From: Euglena gracilis
Lineage: Eukaryota
DNA length: 64,000 nt
Reading direction: 5' to 3'
Assembly (NCBI GenBank): GCA_039621445.1
Contig: CP154954.1
Location: forward strand, 33,887,737-33,951,736
Position 1 is the stretch's first letter. Every line of letters starts with the position of its first letter. Of this stretch, positions 1 through 10,890 are shown piece after piece. The position numbers and the translations under genes were made by a program. Below the pieces are notes generated by a model. That model did not search any database, was not told where the DNA came from, and saw only the letters and a program-made list of their open reading frames with translations.

Positions 1-123
1 GCCCCATGGCTGACAAGGCTTTGAACACGGTTGCACAATCTTTCTTGGCTTTCAGCATCGAAATTTTTTGTCTGACTTCGTGTTCTCTTCTTTGGGTTTT
101 GTGCATCGCGAATTTGGCGAGTC

Positions 124-2592
124 TCATCCCAGGTTGAGGTAGGCATTGGCTCTCTCAGTAATTTTCCGTCCAACTGCAGCCCAATGGCTTTTCCCGCTCC
201 GCTTCAATGGAGCAAGCACAGCTTTTGGGAAGCACCAAAGTGCGTGTAGGGTCTCCCATCCTGGCTTTGACACAAAGCGACTGAGGGTGCTGCAGAAGGC
301 GAGCCCAACGTTTCGCAACGCTCCCCGTGGGATATGGACCAACGTGCCCCGAGTGTCTTGGGAAATTTCTTCCCAAGATGGCTGCATTGGTGGGCAAGGT
401 TGCGAGAAGGGAGTGACTTGCAGCGTATCAGCGTTCATCGAGGATTGCGCTGGTGCTGGAACCACGGGGGGCTGCGGCCTTCGACCATTTTGGCATTCTT
501 GCTCTTGCCCTTGTGGTGAGGACGGCACAAAATTCTCAATCAACCCCTGGCCCTGTGGCGCACACCCGTGAATTTCGGAAATCGCTGAGCGCACCCGGGA
601 CTCTAGTTCGTCAATGACCATGATTTGTTCAGCTGCAGGTGCCCCGGGGCCCCCGTTCAAACTGGGAAACGGCATTATAGCCTGGGACAAAGTAGGCGAG
701 AACAGCGGCGTTGAGTGCATTGGAAACCAAGATCCAAGGAGTGGTACCTCCGTCGGCGGCACAGCAGAGGTCTGTGCGGCTGAGGCCATTTCGACGTCCT
801 CCTGCTGGGGAGGGCGGGTTTCTGTGGGACCTGGGTTGCTTTCAATGTCGCCACAACTGGCAAGGCTTTTGCCCCTGCCACATCGGGGAGGACTGTACCC
901 ATACCGCGTTTTTTCCTGGTCAATCGGTTGCCGTACGTGGTTGGCGTGCCCAGGGGCCACATCTGACAACTTAGAAGGCCCTGGTTGGTTGGTTGGTCGT
1001 CGGCAATGGGGCCGGGTGCTAGGTCGCATGGATAGGGGTCCTTCACGAGGGGTTATCCGATAAATAGGTCCTGGCTCGAGGTGAACGTCACCACAAAGTG
1101 TGACATCTTGGTGTGTGGGCCTCTCGGCTATGACAGCGTTGTTACGGCCTATGTCACCTCGTTGGTGGTTTGGTCGTCTTTGTGCTGTCCGTCGTGCCCT
1201 CCGGATGTGACGGTCAACTGAAACTACTGATCTTGTCGGACGTAACAAGGCCATGATGTCCAGGATATCAACGGTGTGTACATTCAATGGGCAGAGGTCG
1301 GACGAGGAGGGCTCCGTTGGAGGTACTCTGGGGAAAGTGCCTCTCGGCCGGAGAACGTTGGGTAGTGTCATTAGGTGAATAGGGGGCAGGTAGAAGTGAA
1401 AGGCCTCGCCGATGTTGCATACTTCGGACCATAAACAGGTCAGCAACCACATAATGGCATGCACACTCGATGGGGAGTCGTGACGTGGTGGTCGATGTGG
1501 CCATAGCCCTATGAGCACAAACAGAACTCCTCTCAAAACTTCCCAACATTCGGTGAGCTCATAGACGGTAGCGTCCTCAACAAGGACATCGGAAGGGAAG
1601 GTGTCTCGGAAAGTTTGAAGTTCTGCATCCACCTCTTGAAGGCTCGCCAGCAGTCTGTGCCGAATGAAATTTTCTTGAAGTCCCCTGGAGATAGGGATTG
1701 TCGGTCTTTCCATGGTGGCCAGACGGAAGTAGATGGGCCCTGGTTGTGTTTGGACGTCACCATGGGTGGTGATTCGTTCCCCCCTTCCAGTCGGCTGGTG
1801 TCCTTCTGAAAACTTTTCCCGAGCTTGTTCTTGGGTGTATCCTCGGCTTGTTACGGAGTGTACTTTTGCTGTCTCAGTAGATGGATATACTGTGGCTGAA
1901 AAAACAGGGCAGGTTTCCCTGTGGTGCAGGCACCAACCTGCCGAGGCAGTGATGGTTTCAATGTCACACAAAGTGCATTTCAGCCAGTATGTAGCTTTGG
2001 GAAGAAGTGAACGGGAGGAGCCATCGGGGCCTTGCCGCAGTGGTATTTCAGCCTTGATCCGAAAGAAATCAGTCATGTTCATGGCAACAAGTTGGTCCAA
2101 TAGATCCATGACTTCACCACAGGGTCCATTAAATGCCGTCAGCGAGCCTGGATTGGTTTCCACATCACCCATTGTTGTCAGGGAATCACCTCGCCCCGTC
2201 TTCAGATATGCGTCTTCCGGCTTCTTCCCCCCGTGTGGGCATGCAGTGCAGAGGTGTATGGTGCCAACTGTTTCTGCCATGTGGAAATTTTTTGTGGCAG
2301 CACAAGAGTAATAGTCCGACAGGGAGTCATTTGAGTCATCAAGATCGCTGGTGGTCCACACAGACGGGGAAAGACGATCAGCCAATCCAACCTCACACGC
2401 AAACTGTAACGGTCTGGGCATGTCATCCATCAGCCAAATTCTTGGGCAGTATCGCCAGGCAATGGGCAGGGTTGGTTCTCGGGAGGGTGTCAGCCTCTTC
2501 TTTGTCCTCGGGGGGCGGACTGCTTCTGCTGCTGGCACTTTTTGTTTGATTTTTTGTGCGATAGCTCGGCGTACGTTTTTTATGTGCGACAT
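124..2592 (-). CDS. Copy A polyprotein segment with four 2A-like motifs, a CxxC...HH...C zinc-finger-like module and the pre-RT domain
   Basis: Motifs: MGDVETNPGS (2143-2172), HGDVQTQPGP (1735-1764), CGDVHLEPGP (1066-1095), CGDIESNPGP (826-855); LKCTLC...CLHHRETC. Apparent frameshift near 125, with the protein continuing off-window. Confidence 0.75.
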   Translation of the reverse strand: MSHIKNVRRAIAQKIKQKVPAAEAVRPPRTKKRLTPSREPTLPIAWRYCPRIWLMDDMPRPLQFACEVGLADRLSPSVWTTSDLDDSNDSLSDYYSCAATKNFHMAETVGTIHLCTACPHGGKKPEDAYLKTGRGDSLTTMGDVETNPGSLTAFNGPCGEVMDLLDQLVAMNMTDFFRIKAEIPLRQGPDGSSRSLLPKATYWLKCTLCDIETITASAGWCLHHRETCPVFSATVYPSTETAKVHSVTSRGYTQEQAREKFSEGHQPTGRGERITTHGDVQTQPGPIYFRLATMERPTIPISRGLQENFIRHRLLASLQEVDAELQTFRDTFPSDVLVEDATVYELTECWEVLRGVLFVLIGLWPHRPPRHDSPSSVHAIMWLLTCLWSEVCNIGEAFHFYLPPIHLMTLPNVLRPRGTFPRVPPTEPSSSDLCPLNVHTVDILDIMALLRPTRSVVSVDRHIRRARRTAQRRPNHQRGDIGRNNAVIAERPTHQDVTLCGDVHLEPGPIYRITPREGPLSMRPSTRPHCRRPTNQPGPSKLSDVAPGHANHVRQPIDQEKTRYGYSPPRCGRGKSLASCGDIESNPGPTETRPPQQEDVEMASAAQTSAVPPTEVPLLGSWFPMHSTPLFSPTLSQAIMPFPSLNGGPGAPAAEQIMVIDELESRVRSAISEIHGCAPQGQGLIENFVPSSPQGQEQECQNGRRPQPPVVPAPAQSSMNADTLQVTPFSQPCPPMQPSWEEISQDTRGTLVHIPRGALRNVGLAFCSTLSRFVSKPGWETLHALWCFPKAVLAPLKRSGKSHWAAVGRKITERANAYLNLG

Positions 2593-3406
2593 GTCCAGTC
2601 CCTCCTCACGTTGTTCCTCTGGTCGGTATTGATGAAGAATTTGGGTGATTCTGATCCGTTCCAGGGTGAGGTTCTTTTTTGGTGGGGGGGGGCGATTTCA
2701 CAACTTTTGGCGCTGCCAGTGGCAACGTGAGTTTCATGTCAGTGTGCACCATTTTTTGTGACTGCCGAATGTCCACTGTTCTGCCAATGTCGACCCACTT
2801 TTCCTGAATGTTTGCCAGTTTTCTGGCGACCTTCTCGTGAAATAAAATGCCTCCTGCTTGCTGTCTCATGCGCCTTCTCCAAAAAAATTCTTCCCTGAGG
2901 GACCGAAACTCTGGTGTTTCCCAAACTGGGACCCTTTCCAGGGGGGTGTTGGGTGGGGAGGCTGGTAAATCAGTTGCCTGGGGGGGGTCTTGCCATTGAA
3001 AGGGGCTGGGTTCCTCCTGCAGGATCACTGTGCCCAGTTTGGCCCACTGTGTGCCATCAAACATGGTGGGTTTTGTTGGAATTTTAAAAATGCGAAATGG
3101 TGGGCCTGGCCCCCCCCCCTCTTGCAGGGGGGGCTGATATTGGGGGGCTGGTGCTGAGATTTTTTGGGGTTGCATTTGGCTGGGGTTGATGATCCTCCTC
3201 TTTTGGGTGGGGGGGGGGGTGTTTTGCTGACTCCTTTTGATTTGGAGTTGCCTTGGGATGAAATTCTTGATCCACTTGTTTTACTGGGTGAAGGTATTGT
3301 GTTGAGTTGTCCCCTCTTTGGGGGGGACTTTGTGAAACAAAAGGGAAAGCTGCAGGCAGAAAACCATATTGGAAGGCTGATGGTGATGCCAGTACCACAT
3401 CTGGGA

Positions 3407-4195
3407 TTAAGGGTGCTGGCAGGCCAGGGTTGTGTAATGGTGTTGGGAGGGGGGGACTTGTGTACTCTGGCCTGTGCTGAGAAAGGCTCTGAGGCTTCTG
3501 AAGAGTTCAGCCTCTTTCCTTCTCTGCTCTTCTTCTCTGGTCCAATTCTTCCTCTGGTCATCTTCTCTGCTCCAGTTTGATTGCAGTGGTTGCTGAGATT
3601 GCAGGGGTTCACCCCAAAGGTTGCTCTGTGATGGAATGTACATTTGTATGATTGATGTGACAGATGGACATACTTGACTTCTACCCACTGGTGGGCATTG
3701 GAATGGGCTGTTCATTGGAATGCTCACTGATGGGCCTGACTGTGGAATGCCCACTGATGGGCTTGCTGTACAGGGGGGCCCCAGACTCACTTGCTGATGG
3801 AGCTGGGGCTGTGGAGAACTCTGTTGAGATATATGATAACTGGGTCGACCTCTCTGCCATGGGGGCTTGTAATCTCTTCCAAACCTTCTCTGTAGGTACT
3901 CTTCATGCTCTTCCCTCTCTTGCCATGTCCTCTTCCTTCTCTGTGAGCTGCTGTCTTGACTTTCTCTGTCACTATGTACAGGGCGGTCAGCAGTGAGTCG
4001 TTGGGCCACAGCAGTGGTTAGCACCGGCACCAACAGCGGCAACAACATCTTGGCCAGCAGCTCCAACTGTCCAGTGTCCACTGCAACAGTAGGTGTACTT
4101 GAAGGGTTGGTTGTGGTAGCAGCTTGGTTGACAAGGGGTGTATTGTCTTGAGTCTTGGGGTCTTCTGGAGGGCCATCCGGCCCCTTTGCAGCAAT
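3407..4195 (-). CDS. Copy A N-terminal gag/ORF1-like region (start codon apparently ATT; frameshifted downstream)
   Basis: Begins about 15 nt downstream of the SL. Shares PEDP and EEYLQRRFGRDYKP / EEFLKKKHQSRYIP with the N-terminus of copy C; Q/P-rich. Confidence 0.5.
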   Translation of the reverse strand: MAAKGPDGPPEDPKTQDNTPLVNQAATTTNPSSTPTVAVDTGQLELLAKMLLPLLVPVLTTAVAQRLTADRPVHSDRESQDSSSQRRKRTWQEREEHEEYLQRRFGRDYKPPWQRGRPSYHISQQSSPQPQLHQQVSLGPPCTASPSVGIPQSGPSVSIPMNSPFQCPPVGRSQVCPSVTSIIQMYIPSQSNLWGEPLQSQQPLQSNWSREDDQRKNWTREEEQRRKEAELFRSLRAFLSTGQSTQVPPSQHHYTTLACQHP

Positions 4196-4209
4196 GGTGA
4201 TTATGCAGA

Positions 4210-4242
4210 CGAAAAAAAATAGACACTCAGAATAGACACTCA
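4210..4242 (-). other. Retro-copied Euglena-type spliced-leader exon (23 nt) plus a partial tandem copy
   Basis: Minus strand reads TGAGTGTCTA-TTCTGAGTGTCTATTTTTTTTCG, matching the recalled E. gracilis SL ACTTTCTGAGTGTCTATTTTTTTTCG. Not followed by a GT donor. Confidence 0.85.
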
Positions 4243-4258
4243 AAATGCAACCTGCCGA

Positions 4259-4313
4259 ACGGTGGTGGGGCGAACCGAATCCACCGACCACTGGCACAGC
4301 CTACTGGATTTGA
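4259..4313 (-). repeat. Conserved ~55-nt retroelement 3'-terminal motif (other copies 10455-10509, 10749-10803, 10891-10945, 11751-11805; inverted at 18443-18494)
   Basis: + strand acggtggtggggcgaaccga(a/g)tccaccgacca(c/g)tggcacagcctactggatttga; six near-identical copies read directly. Confidence 0.9.
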
Positions 4314-4784
4314 AGAGTTCAGGGGAGTAAGGCTATGTACAGAGGCAACAGTCTGTGCACGCTGGTGAAGGGAGGGAAGGTAAAAGGGGCGAGCAAAGAG
4401 AACAGTATAAGGCGCGAGGTGAGGCCGCTGTTGATCAGCTTCCGGAGTTCTTCGTCCACGTGAGTCAGAGTGGTTGGGCAGGCAATGGGGAGGTGGCAGG
4501 GCTCGGTGCCGTTTAAGGTCTGGGTGTTGATGACGGGTGGGCCGGTGATTCCGGCTTCAGCTGTCTTTCACGCCCTGCGGCTCCTCGGGGGCGTCGTTGC
4601 AGCTCCGACGTGCTGCATTGGTTCTTGGTTGTTGCAGGGGGCATTCCTTATATATCATGGCATGGTCCCGATTCGCTGCCCCCTTGGCTGTGCGTGGCGG
4701 GCCGTTTCCGGGCCTCCGCTAGTTCAGGAAGCACCGCCGGAGGCGGAGGGGTTGCTTCGGGATAGTGGAGCCCGAAGGGGTAGC

Positions 4785-7700
4785 TCATGTGCTGTATGGG
4801 TGGTGAGTGTCCATGCCACCTCCTTCGTTGAGGTCGTCAGGGCATTGGCCCCACACGAGCTGTTTCGCCAGTTCTCTGGCAAGGGCCATGCTGAGGCCAT
4901 GCCAGCAGTTTGCCTCCGCTGCTCGCCTCTCCCATGCGTCATGTTGTCCCGCAAGCAAGTGAACACAGTTTCCAACAAAGGCAAGCGCTGCCTCCCCCAT
5001 TCCTCCGTAGCAATCGAGGACAAAGGGGATGAACGTCCACCCTCTGCGCTTACAACCGTCTCCATACTTTTTGATTTTGTCTTCCTCCTGGCTCTCATGC
5101 CATTTCCCAAGGTCTTCCAATCCTGGCCGTACGCGGGAAGGTGCAAGGGGGTGGCGAACGGTCACATCGATTGCCGCCGGACCGTTTGCATCATATCGCA
5201 TCACAAATACGTCGCCCGGGCGGGAACCATCAGGGGCACTCTCCTCTCTTCTGGCCGGGAAACCTGCCTTTTGGGCCAGCCCAAGGATGTAGGACTGCAC
5301 CGCCCCGTGTCGCCGAACAATGTTGTTCCGGTGGCAACAAACGAGGTGTGATGGCCTCTTGCGTCCAAGGGGTTGTGGCACCGAGGGCACCCGGGACAGG
5401 CATCTGAAGGCGAAACAACCGGAGCACCCAGGGACCATTGCATCAGGGCCTGGAATTCCCTTGTTGGTATGAGCGTCCTTGTGGCGGCTGACGGCGTAAC
5501 GGAGGCCCAAGCCATAGCATGTGGCTTCATCTGACATGCCATTTTCAGTTTATCGCTACCCGTGAGTGAGTTGTACAGAGCTTGCTGTCGGGCCTTTGCA
5601 CACTGTTGTCCCCAGAATTTCTGTGCCGTCATTTCTTGAGGCAGCATCTCCGGACTTTTTGGGTCCTCAACAAAGGCCTTTGCAATCGGTGGGAGCTCAC
5701 ATAGACCCTTGATGGCCTCCACCTGGGCGGTAAATTCCGAAGGTAGGGGGTTCATCCCACAGATGGGTGGCAAGTCGAGGACGCGGTCGCCGCGAACAAG
5801 AAAGTCAAGTGTGGCGGCCCACCTGGCGATCGGGCGCTCCGTGGTAGGGTCCCGGATGCCCAACCCACCCAACCGGACAGGCAAGGTGGCCTGGCGCCAC
5901 TGGTCCTCTTCCAGCGGCCGCCCGACAATGATGCTGGCGGTATTCCGCAGGGTTTTGCTCAGCAGCGTGCACTGCATGGTTGCAAGGCCAATTGGAGTAG
6001 TCCTCAACAGGTCGTTAACCTTGCACGCGTCCAGACACAGCCTTAGAATGGTGAACTGGATGTGCGCAGAAGGCACCTTCTGCAAGGCTGAACACGCCTT
6101 CATAGCTTCTTCGCACCGCCCAAACCACACACGTTCGGCAAATGTCCCGTCCTCCGGATGGCAAATTGGAACCCCGAGGGACTTGATTCCGGAACCAGGA
6201 ATGTATGGAGTTACGGGGATGCGTTGCAATACACTTGTCCCCTCCAGGAAGAGAAAACGGTCGGGTTGGAAGGCTGGCCCCCAAAGGGTGCATTTGTTGA
6301 TATTCAGGTCAACACCAATGGGTGGTCCCTTTTCAAGGACCAAATGTACAACCTCCTCCAGCTGGCGTGTAGTCCCCATGATGTGGGCATCGTCCAGGTA
6401 CCAGGCCTGCCGTCCGCAAACGCCATGGATTTCCTCCACCAGACTCTGAATTGCCATGGCAAAGGCAGCCGGTCCACAAGGATCGCCTTGCTGAACCCCC
6501 GACTGGCTTCGGAGGGATGTGTCGCTCAAGAAGAGGCTCGAGTGTTCTGCATAACAGGTCTCCAGCCACGTCACCATTTCTGGACATCGTTCTCGTGCTG
6601 CTTCGAGAAGGTTATCCCTCCGGATCCGGTTGAATGCGTTCCTGAAGTCCAATTGCAAGACTCCCCAGTCACGAGAGCCTCCATGATGGAGGCTGGTCAC
6701 GAGGTGTTGGAGGCCCATGCCGATCAGGCCACAGGCGTCAGGACAACCCACCCCAAACTGCCCGGGCATCCCATCTTGGGTAAACTTTCGCACGGCAGGT
6801 TGGCGCATCAGCACCTTGCCCACCAGTCGGCGCAAGCATTCTCCGGAAGCAATGGGCCGAGTCCCTTCTTGTGCGGGATCCTGCCCATTGGGTGTGAGGT
6901 TCCCAGCGTCATCCACTGTCGTGGCCGGTTTGACCTTTCGCAGCGCCGTGAGGCGTGCCGATGTGAGGATTTCAGCCACACCGGCGGGCCATCCCGTGTT
7001 GATGCAGCAGAAGACGAAGGTCGTGAGGCCCTCAAGCAGTGTCTCGGCCTGTCCCCCAGCTTCCCTGCTAAGCATGTCCTTAATGTGGTCCGGCTTTAGG
7101 CCCGATGGCCCTGCTGCCGATTCTTTTCCGAAACTGAACACTGCTTTGCGGACCATGGAAAGCCTGTCCCTCCTCTCGTTCTCGTCTCCAGGTGGCGGAA
7201 AAACAGAACCCGTTTATCCGTGGGGCCCCGGCCAGGTGGTTCCTCAGCCGGGTGAAGATCGTTCAACCGTTGGCGCACAACGGGGTGTTTGTCATCTTGC
7301 ACGCCGTCCGAAGTCAGGACCTGGCATGCCTTGCCAACGGCACCCTTGCTCACCAAACGTTCAAGGCGGCGTACGAATGCTTCTTCTTGCACTTCTTGCT
7401 CACGTCGGGCTTGGCCCCTGGTGCGAACAGGTTGACCCATTTGGGGTAAGCGGGCAGAGTCCTTCCAACTGTCTGCCACCGTTCGTTTTAGATAAGCTTC
7501 CGCTCTGCCGCGGATGACCCTTCCCAACCGGGCCCAATGGCCGCGTCCACCCTTTCCCAAAGGTGCCAACACAGCCTTGGGGAAAGCCCACAGGCCATGT
7601 AATGTTTCCCAGGTGGGCCTCTCGTTGAACGCCCGGAGAAGGCAGGAGTACACGTCACAGACCGCGGGAAGGGCTCCCTTTGGTATGGTGGAAACAGTGC

Positions 7701-8108
7701 CCCTTGGATCCGAGGATATTTCCATCCACGACGGGGAGAGATCCGGGCACGGGGATTGAAGGGCAGTGCCAGTTTTCATGCCGGGTAGATATTGAACCCC
7801 CATTTCAACGTCGTCCACCCCATCCAACGCACTGGGTCCTCTTGTGGGCCCTTGGCTGTTTGTTGCGGGGAGGGTGGCCTCCAGCGGTGGCCGGCTGATG
7901 AGCCGTTGCAGCAGGTCTTGAAGCTCCCTGGCATCTTGTGAGGAAGGGGATACTTGCGGCGGGGGCTGCAACGGAGGCATGGTTGTCGCCATGAGGAAGC
8001 CAATTGTACGCTCTGCGTTTTGTTCAAAGTCAAACAGCATTGGCACCAAGGTGTTGTTCGCTTCAGGGAAGGTTGGTCCGGGCCTGGGTTTGATTCGACA
8101 TCCCCTGA
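4785..8108 (-). pseudogene. Copy B 2A-RT-CCHC-RLE coding region, broken into four ORF pieces by three frameshifts
   Basis: SLLTSGDVESNPGP; SAAGPSGLKPDH; RPIASGECLRRLVGK; LDFRNAFN; GVQQGDPCGP; WYLDD (6389-6400); LPVRLGGLG; CPRC...H...C; RPGD...IDVTV...KIKKY; FIPFVLDCYGG. Frameshifts near 8070, 7200 and 5340. Confidence 0.88.
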
Positions 8109-8691
8109 TGTCAGCAGGCTGTCCCCTCTGCCGGTCCGAGGGTGAGCGGAGGCATGGAGCTTGCGGGGAAGGCCGTTCCGCTTCCCAAAAGGTCCAAGGA
8201 TTTGACAAATGCCCGTTCTGCCGGCTCCACCACGTCCATCCGAGAGGATAATTGAACTCAGCGACCTCAAAAACCCTGTGCCTGGCCGCTTTGCGTGGCT
8301 TGGAGAATCCGCCAATGCCCATTCTCCGCAGGGGTCGAGGAGCTTGAGGCTTCGCTCTCTACCAGGACGGTCTTGACGAATGCCGGCTCTGGCGGCTCCA
8401 CCACGTCGGTGTGAGCGGATATTCGGACTCGGCGACCTCAAAAACCCCCCTGAGGGGACTCTGAGTGGGCTGTTCCGGGTGATTTTTGCGAAGAAATTGT
8501 AATGGCTGGTGCCCGGCGGAAATGGTTCCCGTACTCCCCGGTACGGGAAAATTCCGCATGGCCGTTTCCGGCCTCTCGCCGCATTTCGGCGGGACGAGGA
8601 CCGCTTTTTCGGGTCCGCCACCCTCGAAAACCCCCCTTGTGGGCATCTGAGCGGGCTCCGCCGGGTCGTCATTATGAAGCAACTGTGATGG

Positions 8692-9526
8692 TGTATACGT
8701 TGGTCGTCACCACCCGCCGTTGGACGGCCACGGGGCAGCTCATACTGCTTGCCGTGGCACGCCCTCAGGCGGGGAACTACACCCAAGGTCCGGCCAACCA
8801 GTGTCTCGTCCTTGGGCGCAGTTGCACGCGCCGGTCGATCCCCGCGGTATGCCCTCTGCCCGTACGGGATCGACCAGGACTCACACGGCGGGACCTGGGT
8901 CTCGAACCCACGACCTCCCGCGTGTGAGCCCAGCACCTTACCGAATAAGCTACTCGAGCGATACTCGGCTTGGTACTACGCGCCGGCTACCAACCTCCGT
9001 AGGATCTCCCGTCTGCCGCACACACTCCCCTCCCAAGAGCCTTACTACACTAGCCCACTGCGTCACTATGGCCGTGGCCCCTGCAGCTCGGGTTATGCCT
9101 CACACGGCCCTAGTTGGCTGAGTGCCTCTCACGAGTACTGCGTCACCAGGCTGCCGACCCCTGCAGCTCGGGTTTGCTATTGCCGGCAGTTTACGTGTTG
9201 TCGACTTCCACGGGCTCTGCCGCCTTGGAGCGTCCCCCTTAGCATCGGCTTGAGACTTTGGAACGGTGTAGGAGTTTCAGTCGCCCTAGACTCGGCACGT
9301 CCGCCTCCGCCTTCCGGGCGCCGTGGGGTCAGGCTCTGACTTCCCGGTTCGTGTGGCATTAGACGGGTTCCTCTGCTACCATGTATACGTTGGTCGTCAC
9401 CACCCGCCGTTGGACGGCCACGGGGCAGCTCATACTGCTTGCCGTGGCACGCCCTCAGGCGGGGAACTACACCCAAGGTCCGGCCAACCAGTGTCTCGTC
9501 CTTGGGCGCAGTTGCACGCGCCGGTC
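8692..9526. mobile_element. Small TRIM-like insertion with ~148-bp identical direct terminal repeats and a probable 5-bp target-site duplication (TSD)
   Basis: 8692-8839 is identical to 9382-9529. GATGG at 8687-8691 and 9527-9531. Removing the insert restores ctgtgatggccg..., as in the sister repeat near 9886. Confidence 0.7.
8890..8959 (-). pseudogene. tRNA-derived sequence (Val-CAC-like pseudo-tRNA or SINE head)
   Basis: GCTCGAGTAGCTTATTCGGTAAGGTGCTGGGCTCACACGCGGGAGGTCGTGGGTTCGAGACCCA: A-box-like TAGCTTATTCGG, CTCACAC anticodon loop, B-box GGTTCGAGACC. Acceptor and anticodon stems pair poorly. Confidence 0.55.
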
Positions 9527-10454
9527 GATGGCCGCTGCCGGAGGGCAGTGGTTCCCGTGTGCCACCAGGACGCTCTTGACGAATGCGGGCTCTGGCGGCT
9601 CCACCACGTCGATTTGAGCAGATATTCGGACTCGGCGACCTCAAAAACCCCCCTGAGGGGCCTCTCAGTGGGGTCTGCCGGGTCATTTTGGCGAAGAACT
9701 TGTAATGGCTGGCGCCGTGCGGCTGTGGTTCATGTGCTCCACGGGACGAGAAAATTCGGCATGGCCGTTTCTGGCCTCCCGCCGCATTTCGGCGGGACGA
9801 GGACCGCTTTTTCGGGTCCGCCGCCCTCGAAAACCCCCCTTGTGGACATCTGAGCGGGCTCCACCGGGTCTTCTGAATGAAGCAACTGTGATGGCCGATA
9901 CCGGAGGGCAGTAGTTCCCGTGTACAACGGACTCCAACAAAGTACTCAACAAGGGTCGAAACCTCCAAAGAGCATTTTGAGTGCAACAGCAATTTTTGCA
10001 GTCTTTTCGCAAGTGGATATGGCGGACTTCTGATCATAATGGCGGGCCCTTCGCCCAACACCCTTCCGACCGGGGGGGAATGACATGGCACTAATCCGGG
10101 AATCGTCGTGGGAGTCTTTGGGGCAAAAAGTCCACATGTTATGTTTTGTTCGCTTCTCATGCCTTCGGTGATGATGATGATGTCGATGGCTGGTCCGGGG
10201 CTGACCTCCCGGGCTGCTGCTCCAGGGCTGATCTCCTGGGCTCGTTGGGGGTTGGGGGGCTCACCCCTTTGGTTGGCATGCTGGGGGTTGCAAGGCTTGT
10301 TCTCTTGCCCCCGGTGCCATCGAACGCTGCGGGGCTGTGTCTCCCGCTGCTCTGGAGCTGTGGGGCTTGGCATCCCACAGGAATCAAGCTGGTTTGTCAA
10401 GTAGAGAACTGGTCACGATCAACAGTTGCAAAGCACGGTCCGAGATGGATGTAT

Positions 10455-10724
10455 ACGGTGGTGGGGCGAACCGAGTCCACCGACCAGTGGCACAGCCTAC
10501 TGGATTTGAGTGTTCGGGGGAGAGGGAAGCTATGTACAGATGGGGAAACCCCCATGGATAGTCAGAGGTTAATCAGGAGACAGTTGCAAAGGAGTGGAAG
10601 TAGTCGATGACTTCAGAAAGCAATATCTTGAAACTTCAGATACCCAAGGTAAATAATAATGCTTGACCCCGACCCCGGGGCTTTCAAGACAAGTTATGCA
10701 GAAGACGAAAAAAATAGACACTCA
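10455..10724 (-). mobile_element. Short non-autonomous derivative: SL + ~125 nt + 3' end of copy-D type
   Basis: SL remnant at 10706-10724 (TGAGTGTCTATTTTTTTCG). 10455-10580 is nearly identical to 10891-11016. Confidence 0.7.
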
Positions 10725-10748
10725 AAATCCAGTGCAAGCAACAACAAA

Positions 10749-10890
10749 ACGGTGGTGGGGCGAACCGAATCCACCGACCAGTGGCACAGCCTACTGGATT
10801 TGAAGAGTTCAGGGGAGTAAGGCTATGTACAGAGGCAACGGTGTGTGTTCTAGATAGCCTAGTAGCGTCCCCTGTCGTTGAATTAAATAT
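10749..10890 (-). mobile_element. Severely 5'-truncated 3' end of copy-B type
   Basis: 10749-10839 matches 4259-4349 (gaagagttcaggggagtaaggctatgtacagaggcaac). Confidence 0.7.

Larger units (their letters stand above)
1..4242 (-). mobile_element. CRE-clade non-LTR retrotransposon, copy A (5' half; RT/RLE expected beyond the left window edge)
   Basis: 5' end carries an SL copy at 4210-4242. The end of ORF 124..2592 (WEEISQDTRGTLVHIPRGAL...WETLHALWCFPKAVLAPL) is homologous to the pre-RT region of copy B (WMEISSDPRGTVSTIPKGAL...WETLHGLWAFPKAVLAPL). Confidence 0.85.
8362..9925. repeat. Diverged ~365-bp tandem repeats in the 5' part of copy B
   Basis: 8362-8691 aligns with 9565-9894; a more diverged partial unit lies near 8200-8280. 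The first unit is split by the 8692-9526 insertion. Confidence 0.8.
4259..10454 (-). mobile_element. CRE-clade non-LTR retrotransposon, copy B (5' boundary uncertain)
   Basis: 3' motif at 4259, RLE, RT, a 2A motif at 8079-8108 and internal tandem repeats upstream. No SL seen at its 5' end. Confidence 0.85.

Noticed and set aside
4259-4313. tRNA, hammerhead or HDV-like ribozyme in the terminal motif
   Set aside because: No cloverleaf, no CUGANGA/GAAA core, and no nested double pseudoknot that I could identify.
5709-7517. Long + strand ORFs over the retroelements
   Set aside because: Antisense shadows of GC-rich RT coding sequence with no recognisable motifs.
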